In this document: positions 53,900 to 64,000 of the stretch, piece after piece
Layout of the letters: every line of letters starts with the position of its first letter
Numbering within the stretch: the stretch's first letter is position 1
Assembly (NCBI GenBank): GCA_965220925.1
Contig: OZ244851.1
Location: 658,854-722,853, forward strand
Length of the DNA: 64,000 nt
Source: Thermodesulfobacteriota bacterium
GTDB lineage: Bacteria > Desulfobacterota_D > UBA1144 > Nemesobacterales > Nemesobacteraceae
Direction: 5' to 3'
Notes under the pieces: generated by a model
The model's database searches: none
What the model was told of the DNA's origin: nothing
What the model saw: the letters and a program-made list of their open reading frames with translations, nothing else
Program-made: the position numbers and the translations under genes

Positions 53900-55844
53900 G
53901 CTTTGCTACCTCCATCAGGCTTCGAGGATCGTTCTCCGCGGCCACGGTTTCGATAAAGCTTTCAACCGGCAGCGCCTCTTCGGCGTCCTCGCCGTACTTT
54001 CTCGGAGCGACGGTTCCGGTCTGAACCTCCTTGTCTCCCACGATCAAAAGATACGGCACTTTCATCACTCGAGCTTCTCTTACTTTGTACCCCAATTTTT
54101 CGTTCCTTAAATCCATCTCTACTCTTATTCCCCTGCTTCGAAGCTTTTCGCAGACTTCCTCGCAGTATTCCACCTGATCTCGGCTCACCGACGCCACTCT
54201 AACCTGCTCGGGACTGAGCCAGAGAGGAAAAGCTCCGCCGTAATGTTCTATCAGAATTCCGAAGAAGCGCTCCATCGAACCGAATATGGCCCTGTGTATC
54301 ATTATCGGAGTATGCCTCGCGTTGTCCTCTCCGACGAATTCCATGCCGAACCGCTCGGGCAGATTGAAATCTACTTGAATAGTCGAACACTGCCAAGCCC
54401 GACCCAGCACGTCTTTTATTTTGAGGTCTATCTTCGGACCGTAAAACGCTCCGCCGCCTTCGTCTATTCCGTATTCGAGACCCACCTCCCGAAGAGACTG
54501 CTCGATAGCTTCTATCGATCTTTCCCAATTCTCCTCGCTCCCAACGAACTTTTCCGGTCGGGTCGAAAGAAAAACCTCGTAATTATCAAACCCGAAAGTC
54601 CTGAGGAAATCCAGAGTAAGTCGAAGCACTTCTGAAATTTCCCGCCCTATCTGATCCGGCCGGCAGAATATGTGAGCGTCGTCCTGGGAAAAACCCCGCA
54701 CTCTCAAAAGCCCGTGAATAACTCCCGATCTCTCATATCTGTAAACCGTTCCTATCTCCGCCCACCGAATCGGCAGATCTCTGTAGCTTCGCGTTTTCGA
54801 TTTGTATATGAGTATGTGGAAAGGGCAGTTCATCGGCTTTATCTGGTAATCGGAATTCTCCACTTCCATGGACGAAAACATATTTTCCCTGTAAAAATCC
54901 ACGTGACCGCTCAAACGCCACAGGTCAAGTTTGGCCATATGCGGAGTATAGAGTATTTCATAACCCCGAGATACATGTTCGCGTTTCCAGAAATCCTCTA
55001 TAACACTTCTCACTTTAGCCCCTCTCGGGTGCCAGAGAATCAGTCCGGGGCCCACGTCCTCGCTTACGCTGAAGAGGTCAAGTTCCCTGCCGAGTTTGCG
55101 GTGATCTCTCTTTTTCGCCTCTTCAACATCGCGCAGGTACTGTCGCAGATCTTTTTTGTTCCAGAAGGCGGTTCCGTAAATTCTTTGAAGCATCGGGTTT
55201 TTTTCGCTGCCTCGCCAGTAAGCCCCCGCGGAACCGGTAAGTTTAAAAGCTTTTATCATGCCGGTTGAGGGGAGATGCGGTCCTCTGCAGAGATCGTACC
55301 AGTCCGTCTGATCGTATATGGTTATCTCTTCTTCTTCCGGAAGATCGTTTATTATTTCCACTTTGTAGTTTTCCCCACTTTCGGAGAAGACGGCCAGGGC
55401 GCGTTCCCTTGAGATCGATTTTCTGGTAAGAGGTCGATCTTTCTTTATTATCTCGAGCATCCTTGATTCTATTTTTTCTATATCTTCGGGCGTAAATCCT
55501 CTGGAAAAATCGAAATCATAGTAAAACCCGTTTTCTATCACGGGACCTATGGTAACTTTGGCTTCCGGGAAAAGAGATTGAACGGCTTCGGCCAAAACAT
55601 GGGCGGCTGTGTGCCTTAGAAGCTCCAAGCCGGTTTCGGCATTGATTTTTACAGACGAAATCTCGCAATCGTCCTCAAGACGGTGCCAGAAATCCACGAC
55701 TTGGTCATTTATAACGGCGCCGACCGCCCGTTTCCGCGCGCCGAGTTCGAAAAGCGCTTCTCCCACCGTGACTCCGGCCGGGAAAACTCCCCGCTCTCCG
55801 TCGACGATTACTTTTATATCCAAATCGATCCGCCTTTTTTTCAA
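53892..55844 (-). CDS. thrS: threonyl-tRNA synthetase
   Basis: TGS domain, second additional domain, class II aminoacyl-tRNA synthetase core (motif 2 YRYERSGVIHGLLRVRGFSQDDAHIF, motif 3 GGAFYGPKIDL) and an anticodon-binding domain. The listed TTG start at 55844 lies 2 nt from the tRNA. A more plausible TTG start is at 55823, preceded by GGCGGA. Confidence 0.9.
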   Translation of the reverse strand: MKKRRIDLDIKVIVDGERGVFPAGVTVGEALFELGARKRAVGAVINDQVVDFWHRLEDDCEISSVKINAETGLELLRHTAAHVLAEAVQSLFPEAKVTIGPVIENGFYYDFDFSRGFTPEDIEKIESRMLEIIKKDRPLTRKSISRERALAVFSESGENYKVEIINDLPEEEEITIYDQTDWYDLCRGPHLPSTGMIKAFKLTGSAGAYWRGSEKNPMLQRIYGTAFWNKKDLRQYLRDVEEAKKRDHRKLGRELDLFSVSEDVGPGLILWHPRGAKVRSVIEDFWKREHVSRGYEILYTPHMAKLDLWRLSGHVDFYRENMFSSMEVENSDYQIKPMNCPFHILIYKSKTRSYRDLPIRWAEIGTVYRYERSGVIHGLLRVRGFSQDDAHIFCRPDQIGREISEVLRLTLDFLRTFGFDNYEVFLSTRPEKFVGSEENWERSIEAIEQSLREVGLEYGIDEGGGAFYGPKIDLKIKDVLGRAWQCSTIQVDFNLPERFGMEFVGEDNARHTPIMIHRAIFGSMERFFGILIEHYGGAFPLWLSPEQVRVASVSRDQVEYCEEVCEKLRSRGIRVEMDLRNEKLGYKVREARVMKVPYLLIVGDKEVQTGTVAPRKYGEDAEEALPVESFIETVAAENDPRSLMEVAKHS

Positions 55845-55845
55845 A

Positions 55846-55920
55846 TGGTGAGCACGGCAGGAATTGAACCTGCGACCCCTTGCACGTCAAGCAAGTGCTC
55901 TGCCCCTGAGCTACGTGCTC
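55846..55920 (-). tRNA. tRNA-Val (anticodon GAC)
   Basis: By manual folding, the reverse strand GAGCACGTAGCTCAGGGGCAGAGCACTTGCTTGACGTGCAAGGGGTCGCAGGTTCAATTCCTGCCGTGCTCACCA gives a 7-bp acceptor stem, a D-arm GCTC/GAGC, an anticodon stem CTTGC/GCAAG with loop TTGACGT, a T-arm GCAGG/CCTGC with loop TTCAATT, and an encoded CCA end. Confidence 0.8.
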
Positions 55921-56071
55921 AAAAGCCTTGTATTGTGTTTTAATTACTCTTTGTTGTCAAATATACCGCAACCGTCCTCGCGGGGAATTCAGGCTTGAGA
56001 ACCGACTTTGTTTCGGGTAGTTTCCAAAGCCGAAGCGTCTTTGAATAAAACTGAAGCAAGGCGGCGCGACT

Positions 56072-56962
56072 ATCCCGAAAACAATACTCGATACGGATTT
56101 TATAGGACTCCCCAAGTCAAGATGTGGCAAAGTAAGAGACATATACGACTTTGGTGAGCGAATCCTAATAATAGCGACCGATCGCATCTCGGCCTTCGAC
56201 GTAGTAATTCCAAACGGCATACCCGGAAAAGGCGAAGTTCTAAATCGTATCTCCGAATTCTGGTTCAAAGAGACCGAACACATTGTTCCGAACCATATGA
56301 TCTCGACCGATCCCGATGATTTTCCTGTGGATTTCTCTTCTTACGCAGAAGAACTTTCCGGACGCTGCATGCTGGCAAAGAAAACCAATCCACTTCCCGT
56401 TGAATGCGTCGTAAGGGGCTATTTAAGCGGCTCGGGTTGGGTGGAATATAAAAACACCGGTTCCTTATGCGGAATATCGCTTGCGGCGGGGCTGGTCGAA
56501 TCGGAGAAACTTCCCGAACCGATCTTCACTCCGTCCACAAAGGCCGAGTTGGGAGCTCATGACGAGAACATAACGTTTGCTGAAGTATGCGAAATGATCG
56601 GCGAGAAACTCGCTGGAAGAATAAAAGACGCAAGCATCGAGATTTACGCGTCGGCCGCAAAGAAAGCGAAAGAGAAAGGGATAATAATAGCCGATACGAA
56701 ATTTGAGTTCGGAATAGACCCCGGAAACGGAACTCTTCTTCTAATAGACGAGTGTCTCACTCCGGATTCTTCAAGATTCTGGCCGGAGGAAGAATATGTC
56801 CCCGGTATGGCTCAGAAGAGCTTCGACAAACAGTTCGTAAGAGATTATCTGAACCGCGCTGGGTGGAACAAAAAACCTCCCGCGCCCGAACTGCCGCCCG
56901 ATATAGTGGAGAAAACAAAAGAAAAATATCTTGAGATACTAAGATTGTTTTGCGGAGGATAA
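56072..56962 (+). CDS. purC: phosphoribosylaminoimidazole-succinocarboxamide synthase (SAICAR synthetase), long form
   Basis: The listed ORF (56297-56962) lacks the N-terminus. The same frame upstream reads ...[58 protein letters not shown]. This is the SAICAR synthetase ATP-binding N-terminus, open back to a TGA at 56042. No ATG/GTG/TTG is available, so the start is unresolved. 56072 (an ATC after AAGGCGG) is a placeholder. Confidence 0.75.
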   Translation: MPKTILDTDFIGLPKSRCGKVRDIYDFGERILIIATDRISAFDVVIPNGIPGKGEVLNRISEFWFKETEHIVPNHMISTDPDDFPVDFSSYAEELSGRCMLAKKTNPLPVECVVRGYLSGSGWVEYKNTGSLCGISLAAGLVESEKLPEPIFTPSTKAELGAHDENITFAEVCEMIGEKLAGRIKDASIEIYASAAKKAKEKGIIIADTKFEFGIDPGNGTLLLIDECLTPDSSRFWPEEEYVPGMAQKSFDKQFVRDYLNRAGWNKKPPAPELPPDIVEKTKEKYLEILRLFCGG

Positions 56963-56966
56963 AGAG

Positions 56967-57143
56967 GTGGGAAAAACAAACTCTCCCTGCAACGGCATAT
57001 GTATAATGGACGAAGATACGGGATTTTGCGTCGGATGTCTTCGCACAAGCGAGGAAATAGCGGGTTGGCAAGAGTATTCCGATGAGCGAAGAAATCTGGT
57101 GCTCGACGAAATAAAACAAAGAGAGCGGGAAAAAGACAAATGA
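56967..57143 (+). CDS. small Cys-rich protein, DUF1289-like (missed by the ORF track, below 60 aa)
   Basis: A GTG start (GGAGG plus 8 nt upstream) gives [58 protein letters not shown]. The SPCxGxC...CxGCxRT pattern matches the DUF1289 family. Its stop overlaps the ATG of the next gene (ATGA). Confidence 0.5.
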   Translation: MGKTNSPCNGICIMDEDTGFCVGCLRTSEEIAGWQEYSDERRNLVLDEIKQREREKDK

Positions 57144-57973
57144 AAACCGTGAGCGTACTCGGTTGCGGATGGCTGGGTCTTCCGCTTGCCCTGGAAATGA
57201 AAAAAGCCGGCTTCTTTGTCAGAGGATCGGCGAGAAGTCCCGAGAAACTTCCGCTTCTCTCCAAAAAAGGTATAGAACCTTACCTGATCGATATTAGCTC
57301 CGAGGTAACCGGCCGGGATACGGAGCGTTTTCTCTCCTCGGACGTTTTGTTCATAAATTTCCCGCCCGAGCGAAGGGACGATATAGAAACATATCACGAA
57401 AGACAGATAGGAAGTCTTATTGAGGCGATACCGAAACCATCGGGCAAGATGGTTATTTTCGCAAGTTCGACTTCCGTTTATCCGAGCACGAACAAAACGG
57501 TGAGAGAAGAAGATTCTAAGAATCCCGAGAAAGCCTCAGGAAAGGCTCTTTTGCGCGCGGAAAGACTGCTTTTGGACAATGCGGAAATCGATACGACGGT
57601 AATACGCTTCTCAGGACTTGTGGGCTACGACAGAAATCCGATAAATTCCATAAAAAGAAAAAAACTCGCGCTGAATCCCGACTGTCCCTTAAATCTCATA
57701 CATCGCGACGACTGTATCGGTATAGTTTTGAAAGTTATAACGCTTGACGTGAGAAATACCGTTTTAAACGCGACTTGCGACGAGCATCCCACAAGAAGGG
57801 AGTACTACTCGCGCGAAGCCCGAAAACACGGCGTGGAACCTCCTGTTTTCGAAACAAGTACGGACCCGAAATACAAAATAGTTTCCAACGAAAAGTTAAA
57901 AAAAACTCTCGGATACGAATTTATCCATCCGGACCCGCTCGATATCCCTGCGCAAAACTTACGGAGACATTGA
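57140..57973 (+). CDS. NAD(P)-binding Rossmann-fold protein (SDR/epimerase-like)
   Basis: N-terminal [15 protein letters not shown] is a GxGxxG-type Rossmann motif, and ...[10 protein letters not shown] is typical of atypical SDR/epimerase-family proteins. Length 277 aa. Confidence 0.65.
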   Translation: MKTVSVLGCGWLGLPLALEMKKAGFFVRGSARSPEKLPLLSKKGIEPYLIDISSEVTGRDTERFLSSDVLFINFPPERRDDIETYHERQIGSLIEAIPKPSGKMVIFASSTSVYPSTNKTVREEDSKNPEKASGKALLRAERLLLDNAEIDTTVIRFSGLVGYDRNPINSIKRKKLALNPDCPLNLIHRDDCIGIVLKVITLDVRNTVLNATCDEHPTRREYYSREARKHGVEPPVFETSTDPKYKIVSNEKLKKTLGYEFIHPDPLDIPAQNLRRH

Positions 57974-58081
57974 GAAAAATCTTAAAAAAAGTAAGAATAA
58001 ACGGCGGCGAAAACGGGGAGACACGCGTTTTTTAACAGCGAGCCGTAATTTCTCTCAAGACCCGAGACAGCCGAAGCGTCT

Positions 58082-59041
58082 ATGGACGGAATCAGAGAAC
58101 TGGAACTTGAAAACATAGAAGCCGTAAAGGTGCTCTACGGTGAGTTAAATTCAAATCTCAAGGAAATAGAGAATGAATTTGATATAAGCATTCACACCCG
58201 GGGAAACAAAATCACCCTAAAGGGGGACGATGAGAAAACCGCCGAAGCCGGAACGCTCATGGGGGAGATGTACTCGATTATAGAAAAAGGCTACGTTCTT
58301 CAGCCCTCCGATATAAAAATAGCCAAGAGGCTCCTTAACGAGAAAGACGCGTCTCTTGAGAGTATATTCCTCGACACGGTGTGCATATCCGTCCGGAAGA
58401 AAATAATAAGTCCGAAAACTATCAACCAGAAACTTTATATAGACGCCATAAGAAGAAACGACATGGTGTTTGGCATAGGCCCCGCGGGGACGGGGAAAAC
58501 CTATCTGGCTATGGCGATGGCGGTATCGGCTTTCGCGAGCAAAAAAGTAAACAGAATAATTCTCGCGCGTCCCGCGGTAGAGGCCGGAGAAAAACTCGGC
58601 TTTCTTCCCGGAGACCTTCAAGACAAGGTTAATCCTTATCTCAGACCTCTTTTCGACGCTCTTTACGACATGATGGAATTTGAAAAAGCGAACAGACTGA
58701 TCGAAAAAAGCATAATTGAAATCGTTCCCATAGCTTATATGAGAGGAAGAACTTTAAACGACGCGTTTATAATCCTCGACGAGGCGCAGAATACCACGGC
58801 CATACAGATGAAGATGTTTCTCACCAGAATGGGATTCGGTTCAAAAGCCGTCATAACCGGAGACATAACCCAGATAGACCTCGAAAGAGAACAAGGCTCG
58901 GGACTGATTGAAGCCAAGAAGATTCTATCCGGCATAAAGGGAATAGAGTTTGTTAACTTCTCGAAAGCCGACGTGGTAAGGCATCCGCTTGTAATGAAAA
59001 TCATAGACGCGTACGAAAAAATCAAGGATACTGTAAAGTAG
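58082..59041 (+). CDS. phoH: PhoH-like ATPase (YbeZ type)
   Basis: Walker A GPAGTGKTYLAMAMAV, Walker B FIILDEAQN, and an N-terminal KH-like region. Length 319 aa. Confidence 0.9.
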   Translation: MDGIRELELENIEAVKVLYGELNSNLKEIENEFDISIHTRGNKITLKGDDEKTAEAGTLMGEMYSIIEKGYVLQPSDIKIAKRLLNEKDASLESIFLDTVCISVRKKIISPKTINQKLYIDAIRRNDMVFGIGPAGTGKTYLAMAMAVSAFASKKVNRIILARPAVEAGEKLGFLPGDLQDKVNPYLRPLFDALYDMMEFEKANRLIEKSIIEIVPIAYMRGRTLNDAFIILDEAQNTTAIQMKMFLTRMGFGSKAVITGDITQIDLEREQGSGLIEAKKILSGIKGIEFVNFSKADVVRHPLVMKIIDAYEKIKDTVK

Positions 59042-59067
59042 CCGTTTCCGACGGCGGGAGAGAACGC

Positions 59068-59466
59068 ATGAGAATAATTACGGGATTTTTTGTGGCGGCG
59101 GTTCTGCTTTCCGCCTGCGCAAAATGGCAAGATCCTTCGACTTCCATAATATCAACGGACAAGTCCATCGTGGTTCTTCTGCTGAATCCTTCTGTGTACA
59201 CGATGCAGAAAGTGCGGGTAAAGGGAAAAGTGTGGGAGATATCCGAAACGAAAGAACCAACGACTCCAACGACCTTCAAGCTTGCCGACGGCGACGGAAA
59301 CTATATAACGGTGGTTTGGGAAAAAGAACTGACTTTCAAAGAACATGACAGAGTGGAAGCCTCGGGACTTTTCGACAGCAACTTCATCCCTGAGGAAAAC
59401 AGATTCAATCCCTTATTGTCGGCGGAAACCGTAAGAGTGCTTAAATTCCCGAAGCTTTCGCGATAA
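59068..59466 (+). CDS. hypothetical lipoprotein
   Basis: Lipobox AAVLLSAC at the N-terminus. 132 aa with no recognised domain, possibly an OB-fold (BOF/YgiW-like) but this is unverified. Confidence 0.5.
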   Translation: MRIITGFFVAAVLLSACAKWQDPSTSIISTDKSIVVLLLNPSVYTMQKVRVKGKVWEISETKEPTTPTTFKLADGDGNYITVVWEKELTFKEHDRVEASGLFDSNFIPEENRFNPLLSAETVRVLKFPKLSR

Positions 59467-59497
59467 GAAACCGGCAACCACGCGTAAATCCGGAGCG

Positions 59498-62062
<2,565 letters not shown>

Positions 62063-62070
<8 letters not shown>

Positions 62071-63661
62071 TTGAAAAACTGACCTGTGTTATGGAAATAA
62101 TATTCTCTATGGAGGAAATCTCCTTGATTACCTCTTCGCTTACCCTGGTATCGATGTTGGTGAAAACTATCGCTTCGCCTCCCACGGACTTCCTCCCTAA
62201 ATGCATGCGACCTATGTTAACGCCGTTTTTTCCCAAAACCGAACACATAGACCCTATAAAACCGGGACGGTCGTAGTTATGGCTTACCAGCAGAAATCCG
62301 CTCGGAACGACGTCTATCTCCACACCGTTAACCTTTACTATCCTTCCGTGCTTGCCGCTGAAAACGCTTCCCGATATCTCGCTCGTTTCGTCGCCGGTCT
62401 TAACGTTCACCGTGATGAGGTTTGTGTACTGGCTTGTGGCCGCGGACTTGGATTCCACCACTTTTATCTTCCTCTGCTCCGCTATGGAAGGAGCGTTCAC
62501 GTGAGTTACCGACACGTCCATCATATTCGCTAGGAAGCCTTTCAAAACGGAAACCGTGAGATGTTCAAAATCCATGGAAGCCGCCTCGCCCTCGTATTTC
62601 ACCTCTATGCTGGCTACCGCGCCGGTGCAGAGCTGTCCGTGCAAACTTCCTATTTTTTCGCATATAGACATATAGGGAGCCATTACGGTGAGCTGTTCCA
62701 TGGTGAGCGAGGGCATGTTGAGAGCGTTTCTCACCACGCCTTTCTGGGCGAAATCTATTAATTGCTGCGCCATTGTGGTTCCGACCTTTATCTGCGCTTC
62801 CTCAGTCGAAGCTCCGAGATGCGGAGTGAGCACTATGTTTTCATCGATTGACAAAAGAGGATTGTCGGAGTTAATCGGCTCCGACGTATACACGTCAAAC
62901 GCCGCGCCGCCTACCTTTCCTTCCCGAAGCGCTTGCGCCATGTCCGCCTCGTCTATCACGCCTCCGCGCGCGCAGTTTATAATTATCACTCCTTCCTTGG
63001 TCTTGGCGAAGGATTCGGAGTTTAAAAGCCCCCTGGTCTCGTCGTTAAGAGGAGTGTGCACGGTTATAACGTCCGAGCGGCGAAGCAGTTCGTCGAGAGT
63101 TACGGATTCTATGCTGAGTTTTTCGGCGGCGTCCCGACTCAGGTAAGGATCGTAGGCGATAGCCTTCATGCGAAGACCCACGGCCCGCTCCGCTACCAGC
63201 TTGCCTATATTCCCCAGACCTACAAGTCCGATTGTTTTTCCGTAAACCTCGACCCCTTTGTATTTGTTTCTTTCCCATTTGCCCGACTTTATGGAAGAGT
63301 GCGCCTGGGGAATTCGTCTCGCAAGAGAGAGAAGAAGAGCGATTGTGTGTTCCGCGGTGGTTATGGAATTTGACTCCGGGGTATTCATCACCGCCACCCC
63401 GTTTTCCGTCGCGGCGGCGAGATCTATATTGTCTATTCCTATTCCGGCGCGGCCTATAATCTTTAGGTTTCCGCGGGAAGCCTCTATGATTTGTCTTGTA
63501 ACCTTGGTGGCGCTTCTCACAACAAGGGCTTCGTAATCCGCTATGATGTCGGCAAGCTCCTCTGGAGACATGCCCTTTCTCTCTTCGACTTGCAGTCCTT
63601 CGGCTGCCTTGAGAAGCTCAAGACCCTGCTTGGCAAGTCCGTCCGTTATAAGTATTTTCAA
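62063..63661 (-). CDS. serA: D-3-phosphoglycerate dehydrogenase (long form with ASB and ACT domains)
   Basis: NAD-binding GLVGLGNIGKLVAERA, catalytic His/Glu region, and a C-terminal ACT domain (ITVNVKTGDETSEISGSVF...). Length 532 aa. Confidence 0.9.
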
Positions 63662-63824
63662 GAAATTCCTCCGGGAAGGCGGGATGAAAAATTACACTAC
63701 ACATGATAGTTAAACCGCTAACAATGTCAATCGGTCGAAGTCGGTTTGAATTGACGCGGAAAGAAGCTCGGACGGTGGGAGCGATTGTTAAAAACCGGGA
63801 TTTGCGTTAATCTAACCTCCCGCA

Positions 63825-64000
63825 ATGAAAGAAGAAACCGGGATGAAATTTCTTGAGCACGCAGAGGAACTAAGACGAAGAGTAATATACTCCGTTATTC
63901 CCGTAATTGTTTTCTTCATACCCTGCTACCTTTTTTCAAAACAGCTTTTCGAGCTTCTGATGAGACCCATAATAGGAAGTCTGCCGGAAGGAAGCTCTCT
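63825..64000 (+). CDS. tatC: Sec-independent protein translocase TatC, N-terminal fragment; runs off the window end
   Basis: Translation gives MKEETGMKFLEHAEELRRRVIYSVIPVIVFFIPCYLFSKQLFELLMRPI..., the conserved TatC N-terminus (hLxELRxRl plus the first transmembrane helix). The start could also be the second ATG at 63843. Confidence 0.55.
   Translation, partial: MKEETGMKFLEHAEELRRRVIYSVIPVIVFFIPCYLFSKQLFELLMRPIIGSLPEGSS

Noticed and set aside
54672-55268. 198-aa plus-strand ORF inside thrS
   Set aside because: It is antisense to the strongly supported threonyl-tRNA synthetase gene and has no independent support.
55957-56283. 108-aa minus-strand ORF between tRNA-Val and purC
   Set aside because: It overlaps, in antisense, the region that encodes the conserved PurC N-terminus. 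It is more likely a shadow of purC and the divergent promoter region.

Overview
Gene-dense bacterial chromosomal window, about 50% GC, coding on both strands, with no transposase, integrase or CRISPR array visible. Identifications come from motifs I recognise in the supplied translations, not from database searches. From the left: the 3' part of a complex-I membrane-arm cluster (nuoL partial, nuoK, nuoJ) with nth immediately upstream. An unknown 249-aa protein follows. Between two rho-independent terminators (about 3.1 kb and 8.7 kb) lies a compact accessory-looking module: two tandem acetoacetate-decarboxylase (ADC)-superfamily paralogs, a small ribbon-helix-helix-like regulator in AT-rich DNA, an SCP-x-type thiolase paired with a DUF35 OB-fold protein, and an AmiS/UreI-family channel. 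Then come an S41 C-terminal processing protease with a long C-terminal extension, a single OppB-like ABC permease, truA, a fumarylacetoacetate-hydrolase (FAH)-family protein, a TonB-dependent receptor, a stand-alone adenylate-forming enzyme plus carrier protein pair, argC, a DHH-DHHA1 phosphoesterase with an N-terminal extension, and trpF-trpB-trpA. A complete Pho regulon island follows: OprP-type porin, phoB-phoR, phoU-pstB-pstA-pstC-pstS, with candidate 11-bp-phased CTTAAC Pho boxes. After it: an M48 peptidase, an aminotransferase, a TetR regulator with an operator palindrome, an ECF sigma / anti-sigma / Spy-CpxP-like operon next to a secreted EF-hand protein, then leuB, mfd, a SurA-like PPIase, gcvT-gcvH-gcvP behind a long structured leader, an AzgA-like permease and a HhH-GPD glycosylase. 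The right end holds tRNA-Val-thrS-infC-rpmI-rplT (infC with an AUA start overlapping thrS), purC, a small Cys-rich protein the ORF track missed, an epimerase-like protein, phoH-like, purA, a hisZ-like gene, serA and the start of tatC. The most system-like novelty candidate is the terminator-bounded ADC-paralog / thiolase-DUF35 / UreI-like module; the rest of the window is mostly housekeeping.
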